A DNA stretch of 20,000 bases from an uncultured virus (IMG/VR IMGVR_UViG_3300037470_001283). Its lineage: Duplodnaviria > Heunggongvirae > Uroviricota > Caudoviricetes. Both the position numbers and the translations under genes were made by a program. This document shows, piece after piece, positions 1 to 8,296 of the stretch. The notes under the pieces are model-generated. The model did not search any database and was not told where the DNA came from. It worked only from the letters and a program-made list of their open reading frames with translations. The DNA is taken from the IMG/VR virus record IMGVR_UViG_3300037470_001283; one strand, 5' to 3'. Within the stretch, counting starts at the first letter, position 1; each line of letters begins with the position of its first letter.

Positions 1-409
1 AGGTCCTCCGGACCGGGGCGCACGCGAAGAAGGCGTCCGCCTGTCTGTAGACCCTCTCCGAGACCTCCCCTCCAGCCCCCGGGCGGAACTCAATGCAGTC
101 CCCCTGGAGTTCGAACTTCACGAACATCTTCGGCTCCTTGAGGCCGATCGCGCCACCGTGCGTCATCCACACCTTCACGGCCTCCGCGCTCCCGTAGCAC
201 TCCGGCGGACAACTGTTGTGCAGGTACACCGTCACCTCCCACAGGTCCGCGACAAGCTCCTTCCCTCCTCGCCGGCACATCTCGTGGAAGTCCCCTTCGA
301 AGAAGGCGTACAGGAAGTCCCCGGGCTTCACTCCGTGCAGAACGTACCGCCTGAAGCCGTCCCACAGGTGCTCCGGGAATCCCTCGGGGCGCTCGCTGAA
401 TTCCGGCAT
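1..409 (-). CDS. Conserved phage-type hypothetical protein, 3' end runs off the window
   Basis: Hand translation from ATG 409 gives MPEFSERPEGFPEHLWDGFRRYVLHGVKPGDFLYAFFEGDFHEM...YLHNSCPPECYGSAEAVKVWM, open to the edge. GAGGAG lies upstream. The 'RYV.HG..PG.FL...LHN..P..C.GS...V..W' pattern resembles a common small phage family (recalled). Confidence 0.75.
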   Translation of the reverse strand, partial: MPEFSERPEGFPEHLWDGFRRYVLHGVKPGDFLYAFFEGDFHEMCRRGGKELVADLWEVTVYLHNSCPPECYGSAEAVKVWMTHGGAIGLKEPKMFVKFELQGDCIEFRPGAGGEVSERVYRQADAFFACAPVRRT

Positions 410-452
410 CAGTGCAACTCCTCCTCGGCCGTCACGGACTTCCTCTTCGTCA

Positions 453-656
453 TCATCCATTCTCCTTCCGCGGCACCGGCCGCTCCATCAGGACCCGGTC
501 CCCGAGGAAGTGCGTTACCCTCCAGCCGTCCTTCGACGCCGCGTTCAGCTGCTCCTCGAGGAGGTTGGCGTCGTCCTCGACGATCACCTGATATTCGCGC
601 GGCCCCGTCAGCGCGTCCTCGAGACGGTCGATCGCCTGATACAGCTGAGACATCAA
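453..656 (-). CDS. Small hypothetical protein (DUF4177/DUF1737-like)
   Basis: 67 aa with 'EYQVIV...LEEQLNAASKDGWRV'. GAGGTG lies upstream, and the gene packs against its neighbours. Confidence 0.6.
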   Translation of the reverse strand: MMSQLYQAIDRLEDALTGPREYQVIVEDDANLLEEQLNAASKDGWRVTHFLGDRVLMERPVPRKENG

Positions 657-659
657 GAT

Positions 660-1019
660 TTACACCTCGCGGCTCCCGTGAGCCACGTCCTTGAGCCTCT
701 TGTGCGGATCGAGCAGCCGCACCTGACGACCCCCGACGCTCACCGTGAAACTCTCGTGAAGCTCGTGCTCCACGACCTGCCTGATCGCCAGCCACGCCGT
801 GAACACCACGGACTCGAGGCTGGCCCCGAACTCCACGTACCACCTCCTACCGTATCCCCGGTCCGTCCCCCCGCCGTCGACGTCGGGTCGCTCAAACGAA
901 CTCTGGATGTGCCAACCATCCCCCCCGACGGCGGTCACCCTCCAGTCAAAACTCCAGTCCTGGAAATGCGTCCCGAACATCTTGATGCTCGCGAGCAGCT
1001 CAAGGAGGTGCTCCCTCAT
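660..1019 (-). CDS. Conserved phage hypothetical protein (GRRWY...EHELHESF...DPH family)
   Basis: C-terminal 119 aa of track ORF 660-1562, starting at MREHLLELL. The motif pattern resembles a widespread phage family (recalled). The true start could be further upstream, e.g. ATG 1421. Confidence 0.65.
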   Translation of the reverse strand: MREHLLELLASIKMFGTHFQDWSFDWRVTAVGGDGWHIQSSFERPDVDGGGTDRGYGRRWYVEFGASLESVVFTAWLAIRQVVEHELHESFTVSVGGRQVRLLDPHKRLKDVAHGSREV

Positions 1020-1593
1020 CTCGATCACCCGGAACCCCCCCACAGCAGCACGAGGCCCACGAACGCGGCCGCCACCCAGCCCGGAAAGCAGAACCTGTCG
1101 AGCGCCATCAGTTCGAGTGGGCAGATCCCCCACGCCCCATGTGCCAGCAGCATCAGGGCGACCCCCCCTCCTCATCAACTCCTCGCGCAGGTCGGAAAGC
1201 GGCACCGGCTTCGCCAGCACCGGGAACTCCGCGTCCACCGCTAGCTCGGGCCTCCCCGTCCACATCACAAACTTCGATCTCATCTCTTTGGGTGCCACGA
1301 CCCCTTGGTGCCCTACGCGGCGTATCGCTCGTTCAGGTACAGGGTCGCCGAGTAGGCCGGACGCTCGCAGCTCCGAAGGCTCTTCACGATCAGACGCTCG
1401 TGTCGGTGTGGCTGTACTCATCTCACCCTCGTACGGGGAACGTGAGGTTTTTACACGACGAAAGGCCCGAGACCTACCCGAACAGCGGCGGCTGCTCGTC
1501 CTCGGCGTCCCACGCGAGAAATTCGTCCAACTCCTCTCGATCTGTGTACGGCCTACCGTCACCCGTTAAACCGATCCCCGCCACGATCCATGC

Positions 1594-1698
1594 CCCCAAA
1601 ACCTCCCCAAAACCTCCCCAAAACCTCCCCAAAACCTCCCCAAAACCTCCCCAAAACCTCCCCAAAACCTCCCCAAAACCTCCCCAAAACCTCCCCAA
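1594..1698. repeat. Perfect tandem repeat (CCCCAAAACCT) x9.5
   Basis: Nine exact 11-bp units from 1594 to 1692, plus CCCCAA at 1693-1698. Confidence 0.98.
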
Positions 1699-1809
1699 GG
1701 TGCCCGAACTTGTGAGGGATCTCGTCTTTCTCCATCCCACGGGGGCGCAGCTCCAGTCATGGAGGCATCTGCGACCCGTGCCGGCTTTGGACCCCCCCAC
1801 GCCTGGCGG

Positions 1810-1919
1810 CTCCAGACGTGGGCGCCCCTCCAGACCTCGGAGAGACATCGATCCGCTCGAGCAGGCCGTCATCGCCTCCAGACGTGGGTGCCCCTTCAGA
1901 CCTCGGAGGGTCATCGATC
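1810..1919. repeat. Two 44-bp direct repeats separated by 22 nt
   Basis: 1810-1853 CTCCAGACGTGGGCGCCCCTCCAGACCTCGGAGAGACATCGATC and 1876-1919 CTCCAGACGTGGGTGCCCCTTCAGACCTCGGAGGGTCATCGATC differ at 4 positions. Confidence 0.9.
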
Positions 1920-1939
1920 TCCGCCGTCACGAGACCCGC

Positions 1940-2209
1940 ATGAGCACCACCACCATCCAGGAGACCCCTCTGTGCCCCCTCCTCTTCGAGGACTCCTTCT
2001 ACCTCGCCATCGTCCTCCAAGGACTCAAGGCCGGCTCCCACGGTGGCGTCCAGGTCGTCCAGGACGTCCTCCGCATCCCCTGCCGCATCCCCTGCCGCGT
2101 CCTCGACGGCCCAGAAGGCGCCCTCCTCGCCCGCAAGACCATCGTCGCCGAGCACGAGGGCACCGGCTTTTACCGACTCCGAACTTGTGCTCGAGGAGCG
2201 AGGCAGTAA
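1940..2209 (+). CDS. Hypothetical protein (89 aa)
   Basis: ATG 1940 (MSTTTIQETPLCPLLFEDSFY...) with a strong C-ending codon bias. Contains a 12-bp internal duplication (RIPCRIPC). Confidence 0.5.
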   Translation: MSTTTIQETPLCPLLFEDSFYLAIVLQGLKAGSHGGVQVVQDVLRIPCRIPCRVLDGPEGALLARKTIVAEHEGTGFYRLRTCARGARQ

Positions 2210-2305
2210 CCTCCTCGATCCCTCCAGCTCGAGAAGATCTCCGCCATCGTTGTCACCGCAGATGAGGCGGAGACGCTTGACGATGCAAAGGAGGCATGGC
2301 AAAGG

Positions 2306-2560
2306 ATGCGTGACATGCTAAAGATATTTGCTATGAGTAAACGGGCATATCGCGACAAACAGGCCGCCCTCATGAGGACACGCGGCCTGTACCCGATCCC
2401 AGAAGTGGCCGATTTGATCGGCATGAGCTCGTCCACCGTGTACCGGTGGATCGACAACGGCAAGGTGGAGGGCACGACCCTTGGCTCGGCGCGGTACGTC
2501 CGGATCAAGAGCGTCCGGGAGTTCATGGGCCGCAAACACGCGGCGATGCTGGGGCTGTGA
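2306..2560 (+). CDS. Excisionase-like / HTH_17 (MerR-superfamily) DNA-binding protein
   Basis: LYPIPEVADLIGMSSSTVYRWIDNGKVEGTTLGSARYVRIKSVREFM is a typical winged HTH_17 signature. The start may be ATG 2333. Confidence 0.85.
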   Translation: MRDMLKIFAMSKRAYRDKQAALMRTRGLYPIPEVADLIGMSSSTVYRWIDNGKVEGTTLGSARYVRIKSVREFMGRKHAAMLGL

Positions 2561-2563
2561 TCC

Positions 2564-3142
2564 ATGACCGCACGAAGAGATCCCGGTGACGAGCCCGAAC
2601 ACGGTGTTGCGTCAGATCCCGGGCCTCGAGCTCACGGTGGCCAACACCGAGGGGTCGACCATCCCGCAGGGGGACACCGCGATCACCGGCGGCGCGAGCC
2701 TTGCGGTAACTGCCCCTTTCGGCGCGACGCTCCGCTCGCGCACTGGTGCCCCGAGCACTACGTCATGCTCGGGCGGATGGCCGAAGGCGAGCACGACCTC
2801 GCGACCTCGCAACTTTTCGCGTGCCACAAAGACGTCGCGAAGCCGGCCCCCGAGCAAGGGCTCTGCGTCGGATGGATGCTCGACCAGCGTCGACACGGTG
2901 TTCAGTCTCTCGCGCTGCGCTGGAGTTTTTGGGTCGGGAAAGACGCCGCGGCGCTTCGGGCTCAATTCGAGGAGATCACCGGCGACGACCACTGCTATGC
3001 AACGATCCCCGAGCTCGTCGAAGCAAACCTCAAACGCGACCGCGAGCTTCACCCCGAACGCTACATTCTGCGACGAAGCCCCACGTCAACCTCGAAGCGC
3101 TGCGGCAAGGGCCCGGACCGAGACCCACCGCACCGACAATAA
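2564..3142 (+). CDS. DUF6283-like Cys/His protein
   Basis: PCGNCPFRRDAP...W...Y...LFACH...LCVGW matches the recalled DUF6283 pattern. The N-terminal extent is uncertain. Confidence 0.7.
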   Translation: MTARRDPGDEPEHGVASDPGPRAHGGQHRGVDHPAGGHRDHRRREPCGNCPFRRDAPLAHWCPEHYVMLGRMAEGEHDLATSQLFACHKDVAKPAPEQGLCVGWMLDQRRHGVQSLALRWSFWVGKDAAALRAQFEEITGDDHCYATIPELVEANLKRDRELHPERYILRRSPTSTSKRCGKGPDRDPPHRQ

Positions 3143-3146
3143 TCTC

Positions 3147-3174
3147 TTGCATCTTTCGCGCGGGGCTTTATCCT
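3147..3174 (+). promoter_or_regulatory. Candidate sigma-70 promoter, leaderless
   Basis: TTGCAT (3147-3152), 16 nt, TATCCT (3169-3174), 6 nt, ATG 3181, in a locally AT-rich patch. Confidence 0.45.
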
Positions 3175-3180
3175 CAGAAC

Positions 3181-3351
3181 ATGAACACGAACACCGCCAT
3201 CGTCTCCTATTGGCTTGGCCGCATTCTTGCGAGTGTAATCGGCCCCACGCGTGCGGGCCGATTCCTAGGGCGTATCGTCCTCCCAATCCACCGCCGCCGC
3301 CGGAAACCCCGCGTCGAGATTCGGCATCACTCCCGCCCGCCGTATCCGTAA
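3181..3351 (+). CDS. Small basic hypothetical protein (56 aa)
   Basis: MNTNTAIVSYWLGRILAS... lies directly behind the candidate promoter. Its stop overlaps the next ATG at 3351. Confidence 0.4.
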   Translation: MNTNTAIVSYWLGRILASVIGPTRAGRFLGRIVLPIHRRRRKPRVEIRHHSRPPYP

Positions 3352-3520
3352 TGCGCTTTTGCTCTGAAGAGCAAGCGTGGGATGCTGCTCACCGGATCCA
3401 GCCGCTCGGTGCGCCAGACCAGCCGCCGATAGGATCAGCGACGGCAGGCCAACACTACGAAATCCGGGTGCTCGTGGGCCCGGACATTGGGACAGCCCGG
3501 ATCCCACCATCGCCAGATCA

Positions 3521-3583
3521 ACCCGTAGCCGCGTACCCGTAGCCGCGTACCCGTAGCCGCGCACCCCCTACGGGTACGCGGCT
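3521..3583. repeat. 14-bp tandem repeat x3 plus an inverted copy (16-bp perfect stem)
   Basis: ACCCGTAGCCGCGY at 3521, 3535 and 3549. 3568-3583 CTACGGGTACGCGGCT is the exact reverse complement of 3541-3556 (and of 3527-3542). Confidence 0.9.
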
Positions 3584-3591
3584 TTCGGGGT

Positions 3592-4344
3592 GTGACTACC
3601 ATTCCCCCTCATCTCCAAACACACGCCTGGTATCCGCGTCACCTGGCCTACCTCGCGGCCCGCGGCCTCGCGCCGCGGCACGATCCCGGCGACGCCGTCC
3701 TGCGCCGCGCCTACCTCTCCGGCGCCATCCTCGAGGGCGCCATCCTCTCCGGCGCCGACCTCACCGACGCCGTCCTGCGCCGCGCCGTCCTGCGCCGCGC
3801 CTACCTCTCCGGCGCCATCCTCGAGGGCGCCATCCTCTCCGGCGCCATCCTCTCCGGCGCCGACCTCACCGACGCCGTCCTGCGCCGCGCCTACCTCTCC
3901 GGCGCCATCCTCGAGGGCGCCATCCTCGAGGGCGCCGACCTCACCGACGCCGACCTCTCCGACGCCGACCTCACCGACGCCATCCTCGAGGGCGCCGACC
4001 TCACCGACGCCGACCTCTCCGGCGCCATCCTCTCCGGCGCTGTCGGGATCGACGACGTCCCGCGGGCGCCGATCCAGGGCCTCGCGGCCCTGGTGCTCCA
4101 CCAGCTGGTGGAGCACCCGGAGAGCTGGGACCAGTCGGTGTGGCACTCGGAGTGCCACACGCGGCACTGCTGCGCGGGGTGGACTGTGGTCCTCGCAGGT
4201 CCAGCGGGAGAGGCGGCCGAACGCCGCCTCGGGACGCCGCAGGCCGCTGTGCTGCTGCTCGGTGGCAGCGGCCATCCGTTCGGCCCCGACGACGACCCGC
4301 GGCCCTGGCTCCGTGCCCGTGCGGCAACCGAGAACCGGGCGTGA
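3592..4344 (+). CDS. Pentapeptide-repeat protein with a C-terminal His/Cys domain
   Basis: More than 20 A(D/I/Y/V)Lxx repeats ([15 protein letters not shown]), followed by [25 protein letters not shown]. Confidence 0.92.
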   Translation: MTTIPPHLQTHAWYPRHLAYLAARGLAPRHDPGDAVLRRAYLSGAILEGAILSGADLTDAVLRRAVLRRAYLSGAILEGAILSGAILSGADLTDAVLRRAYLSGAILEGAILEGADLTDADLSDADLTDAILEGADLTDADLSGAILSGAVGIDDVPRAPIQGLAALVLHQLVEHPESWDQSVWHSECHTRHCCAGWTVVLAGPAGEAAERRLGTPQAAVLLLGGSGHPFGPDDDPRPWLRARAATENRA

Positions 4345-4723
4345 CCACTCCGACTCGCGGCAGACTGGTAGTGCAGCCGAGGAGGTCGCGTCGTGACCCT
4401 CCTGCCGATCCCAGCCCACCTCGAATGAGCTCGGGACGGGTACCCCCGCCACTTGGCCCACATCGCGACGTTCGGCTTCACGCCGGGGTCGTGCCGCGGT
4501 GATGCTGTCCCGCACTGAGCTCGATCCCTTGAGCCGAACACGGAGTGCTGGCTCCCACCGGGCGCGCGAGAAACTTTCCAGAGTCTCCGCCACACCTGGC
4601 TTTAAACCTTCCGGATGACTCCGGACCTCCCTCAGAACCCGTTTCTTGGCCCCGCTACGGACTTTCAGGTCCAGTTTTGCTCCCCTCGACCACACATCCA
4701 GGTGATGAAGGGATCCAGCACCC

Positions 4724-6001
4724 CTAGGCCGTGCGGTACTTCGCCGGCACCGAGCCGGCGAGGCCTCCGCTGCACGCCCACTCGGCCGCCTGGCGCCTGA
4801 GCCACGCGAGGGCTTGAGAGACGAGCGACGGACGCTCTCCGGTCGCCGCCACAATCTCGCTCCTCTGCTGCCCCGCGACCACCCGCGGCAGGATCTCCCT
4901 CCCGAGCGCGGCCTCGGGCACATCACACGGCACCCCCTCAAGCCACCGAGCCAACCCCTCGAGCGCCAGACGATCCCCGAGCTCCGAACCATGCTCGATC
5001 AAACACGAGCCCCATTGCCCGATGTCCCCCAGCTCCTCCCCGTCACGACGCACGTCCACCGGCACCGCGTCCTTGTCGATCCGGCGGAGCTGCTTGCGGT
5101 GGTAGTTCGTTGTCACGCACGAGATCACCATGTGCACGTAGTGCCCGAACGTCGACTTGCGACCATCCCACGGACACCTCCCGGCATTCCGAACCAACAA
5201 ACCACAATAAACCTCCTGCAGCACGTCCTCAGGGTCGTACCCCTGCGACAGCATCTTCCCCGCGAATCCCCTCCACAGTAGCTTCCGAACCTCGTCCGCC
5301 TTCCACGTCGAGTCCCTCCGCTCCGACAACGCTCCAAGGTCGATCCCCACGATCCCCTCGACCCGATCCAGCTCGAGCACGAACGCACGATCGAACTCCT
5401 CCCTGAACTCGTCCGTCGCCGGCATGAACGCCTCGCAAGGCAGCAAATCCCTCTCCATCGCTTCGACGAACGCCTCGATCCCCGAGTCCTGAGTCGAAAA
5501 AACCCCCCCAGAACCCCGCAGACCCTCCACTCCAGAGGTTGGAAGGGGAGTTCTCTTACCTGCGTAGACGACCGACGTCTTCTTCGCGGGCTCGACGGCG
5601 GTCTTCGTGTGGTGGACGACGACGTCGGTGCGTCGGGTGCTGGCGACTCCGAGCTCGAGGAGCGTGAGCAGGTCCGCCTGTCCCGAAGCTCTGCCCGCCT
5701 GCCGATATCTCCCGAGCCGGAAGTAGCGATCGAATGGCATGTGCACGTCTCGCCCGTAGATGGACCGCATCAGGGCCCGCGCGGTCGCGAAATGCTCCAC
5801 TCGACGCCCCGAACGGCACGCTTCCGACGGCATCGTCACCTCGTAGACCGTCTGCCCGCCGTCCCGATACACGTGAACCGGCATGTTGCCATGCTCGTAG
5901 CGCGTGTAGAGGAGCATCTCGGGCCCCTCGGAGAAGTTCGTCTCCGGATGCCGGGAGGGGGCTCGTCGCGTGCTGTGCTGTTCGACCTGGTGCATTGTCA
6001 C
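4724..6001 (-). CDS. Sigma-70/ECF-like RNA polymerase sigma factor with a long N-terminal extension
   Basis: Region-2-like YDPEDVLQEVYCGLL...WDGRKSTFGHYVHMVISCVTTNYHRK and a C-terminal region-4-like HTH GQQRSEIVAATGERPSLVSQALAWLR. The start may be ATG 5917 (MLLYTRY). Confidence 0.7.
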   Translation of the reverse strand: MTMHQVEQHSTRRAPSRHPETNFSEGPEMLLYTRYEHGNMPVHVYRDGGQTVYEVTMPSEACRSGRRVEHFATARALMRSIYGRDVHMPFDRYFRLGRYRQAGRASGQADLLTLLELGVASTRRTDVVVHHTKTAVEPAKKTSVVYAGKRTPLPTSGVEGLRGSGGVFSTQDSGIEAFVEAMERDLLPCEAFMPATDEFREEFDRAFVLELDRVEGIVGIDLGALSERRDSTWKADEVRKLLWRGFAGKMLSQGYDPEDVLQEVYCGLLVRNAGRCPWDGRKSTFGHYVHMVISCVTTNYHRKQLRRIDKDAVPVDVRRDGEELGDIGQWGSCLIEHGSELGDRLALEGLARWLEGVPCDVPEAALGREILPRVVAGQQRSEIVAATGERPSLVSQALAWLRRQAAEWACSGGLAGSVPAKYRTA

Positions 6002-6483
6002 TACCTCGTGTTGTCGGTTCTCACCGTTCTAGTGGGTCTAGGGTCGTCGCACAACCCTCCAACCCTCGCGCTCGACCCTTTCCAACTTTCAAGGTCGAGC
6101 TCGCGTCCCTTCTTACGCGAGGGATCGGTGGTCAGAGGCCCCATTTCAATTCCCGTCGGACGCACCGACGGCATAACACCTACCACGCGCCGAAGATCGG
6201 GAGCAAGGGTCGGTCGCGCGCACGACCTCTCCGAGAATCGTTTCTGGGAGGCCGAGCGCGCTCGGAGCTAAACCCCCGAGAAAGGGCCCGCAAAGGGGTT
6301 TCCAGTCGAGCGCGATCGCAGGTCGATCGAGGAGACCCGAGGGGCATCTTCGTGCGGCTCGCGTCGGGTCGCGAGGAGAGATCTCCTCCCTCGCACGGGG
6401 GTGTCCTCGCGGGGTTGCGGCGACGAGGCTCGACGTCGGGGCGACGGCGTCTCGGTCGTGGTTCGATAGGGTAGGGTTCGGCG

Positions 6484-6657
6484 ATGAGGCACGGGAAGCC
6501 GAACCGCGTGCGGGTGCAGGGTGCGAAGCTCGTGAGGTGGTGGTGCTTCGGGTGCGACGCGCAGCTCGTGGAGCCCGGGAGGAAGTGTCCGAACTGCGGT
6601 CGTCGAGAGGGGCGCAAGGCGAAGGTCAGGGGAGGGGAGCCTTACCCGCGGGGGTAG
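6484..6657 (+). CDS. Small zinc-ribbon protein (57 aa, not in ORF track)
   Basis: MRHGKPNRVRVQGAKLVRWWCFGCDAQLVEPGRKCPNCGRREG... has CxxC-x10-CxxC and is preceded by TAGGGT-6nt-ATG. Confidence 0.65.
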   Translation: MRHGKPNRVRVQGAKLVRWWCFGCDAQLVEPGRKCPNCGRREGRKAKVRGGEPYPRG

Positions 6658-6713
6658 GATGGACGCACCTCGGAGGAGGCCCGGTCGAGCGGGGCGGCGG
6701 GTACGGTGGCGTG

Positions 6714-6944
6714 ATGACGACGAACTGGTGGCCGCGAGCTGAGCCTCTCACCCGGTGGCAGAGGTGGAGGGTCCGTTGGGCGAAACTTGGGTGGAGGGCG
6801 CTGCTGTGGTGGGCGAGGGTGCCCGTGATGGAGCCGAGGACGGTGGTGTTCCCGTTGGTGCGGGACGCGGGACAGGTGCTTTCGGCCGAGGAGATGGTGA
6901 CGGTGCAGCCGATGGCGGTGCCCGGAAACGGGGTGGGGGCATGA
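6714..6944 (+). CDS. Hypothetical Trp/Arg-rich protein (76 aa)
   Basis: TACGGT-6nt-ATG 6714. Its stop overlaps the next start (ATGA). Confidence 0.55.
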   Translation: MTTNWWPRAEPLTRWQRWRVRWAKLGWRALLWWARVPVMEPRTVVFPLVRDAGQVLSAEEMVTVQPMAVPGNGVGA

Positions 6945-7600
6945 GGCGCAGGGACTTCGTGACGCGCGTGCCGGCCGTGGCGGCTGGACTGACCGTGGGA
7001 GGAGCCGTGGGGCTCGCTGAGGCGTCCTCGGAGGCTCGGGGCCCCGAGGATGCCCTGGAGGCCCGGACGGCTCAGGGAGGCTCTGTGGCGCCCTCGGGAT
7101 TCCGTCTCGTGGGGAACGGGGGCGAGATGGTGGACGCGGCTCTCGTGGTGGCGCCTCATGAACGGTTCGCGCTGATCACCTACGTGGTGGAGTGCCCGTA
7201 CCCGGTGGGGTCGAGGGCGTGGCTCGCCATCGCGGACAGGGACGAGAACGGTCAGGTGGTCTCTCCGGGGACGGAGGGGAGCGAGCTGCACGCGGAGACG
7301 GGCGCGATCGGGGCCTCGACGGTTCGGTTGAAGGGGGCCAAGGCTCGCAGGGTGGTGTTCCCTCGGTTCGCGGCGGAAGACGTGGAGGGAGGCTTCGACG
7401 TCCGGGAGCGGGCCCGCGCGGTGCACGGGGCGGTGACGGAGCACGGGTTCGACACGGTGCCCGGGGACGGTCGGGAGTGGATCGTGGTGCACGTCGAGTA
7501 CCGCTGCCCTGACGGGGTGGAGCACGTCATGTGCGGGATGCCGCTGACGTGGGACCCGCGTCTCGCGTTGGGGGTGATGGTGCGGGGGCAGATCGAGTAG
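6941..7600 (+). CDS. Hypothetical protein with a twin-arginine (Tat) signal peptide
   Basis: MRRRDFVTRVPAVAAGLTVGGAVGLAEA, with an ATGA overlap with the upstream gene. Confidence 0.7.
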   Translation: MRRRDFVTRVPAVAAGLTVGGAVGLAEASSEARGPEDALEARTAQGGSVAPSGFRLVGNGGEMVDAALVVAPHERFALITYVVECPYPVGSRAWLAIADRDENGQVVSPGTEGSELHAETGAIGASTVRLKGAKARRVVFPRFAAEDVEGGFDVRERARAVHGAVTEHGFDTVPGDGREWIVVHVEYRCPDGVEHVMCGMPLTWDPRLALGVMVRGQIE

Positions 7601-7610
7601 GGTTCGGGAC

Positions 7611-8087
7611 ATGGACCGACGAGATTTCATGATAGGCGCGGGGGTCTTGGTGACGGGGAGTCTCGTGCTGCCGGGGGTGGCTCGAGCGTTCCGGGCACCG
7701 CTCCTGTGTCGCTCCGTGTCGGCCAGGAGGAAGCCGCTGCACTGGTGGCCGGCGGGGGACAGGGCTCAGAGGGTCCTGCGGGGGTATCGGGGATCTGGCA
7801 CGACCCTTCGGGGGGCCGAGGATCTGCGGGAGTTCCTGGGGGACGAGACGCGTCACCGGGTCCTGCGCTTCGACGAGGAGTACCGGCCCCACGCCACCGA
7901 CGTGGTCGAGGGTCGCGCGTCGATCTTGAGGGTCTTCGTGAACTGGCCGGTCGAGGAGGGATACGTGTCGTGGACGCAGACGTTCCGCGACGTCCTGGTG
8001 CGGCAGACGGGAGGGCACCTCGTGCACCTGTCGGGTCGGGGGGAGTCCTTGGACGACTGGTATCGGACCGTGTCGCGTTCGGGCTGA
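7611..8087 (+). CDS. Hypothetical protein with a twin-arginine (Tat) signal peptide
   Basis: MDRRDFMIGAGVLVTGSLVLPGVARA has an RRxF motif, a hydrophobic stretch and an AxA cleavage site. Confidence 0.72.
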   Translation: MDRRDFMIGAGVLVTGSLVLPGVARAFRAPLLCRSVSARRKPLHWWPAGDRAQRVLRGYRGSGTTLRGAEDLREFLGDETRHRVLRFDEEYRPHATDVVEGRASILRVFVNWPVEEGYVSWTQTFRDVLVRQTGGHLVHLSGRGESLDDWYRTVSRSG

Positions 8088-8101
8088 GGTAGGTTTTCTC
8101 G

Positions 8102-8296
8102 ATGGCCGAGAACCGATACGCGCACGAGCCCGAGATGGAGGAGGGCCTGTTCGGCGTGGAGCAGCCGCGGTTCTACGAGGTCTCGGGGGAGGACTTCTTT
8201 CGGTGCACGGCGTGCGGCGTCCTGTACGACGAGTGCGACGGGAACGTGTGCGCGACGAGGCTCGCGGAGCAGCTTGACCGGGGGGTTTCACGATGA
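8102..8296 (+). CDS. Small Cys-containing hypothetical protein
   Basis: 64 aa with CTAC...C...C. Preceded by TAGGTT-6nt-ATG and has an ATGA overlap downstream. Confidence 0.6.
   Translation: MAENRYAHEPEMEEGLFGVEQPRFYEVSGEDFFRCTACGVLYDECDGNVCATRLAEQLDRGVSR

Noticed and set aside
1594..1698. CRISPR array
   Set aside because: The 11-bp units are contiguous with no spacers, so this is a simple tandem repeat.
1902..1910. CTCGGAGGG in the 44-bp repeat is complementary to CCCTCCGAG (16438-16446), a possible repeat:anti-repeat pair
   Set aside because: A 9-nt GC-rich match is expected by chance in 20 kb of high-GC DNA.
3568..4992. 474-aa minus-strand ORF with EDGA/EVGA repeats
   Set aside because: It is the antisense reading of the pentapeptide-repeat gene.
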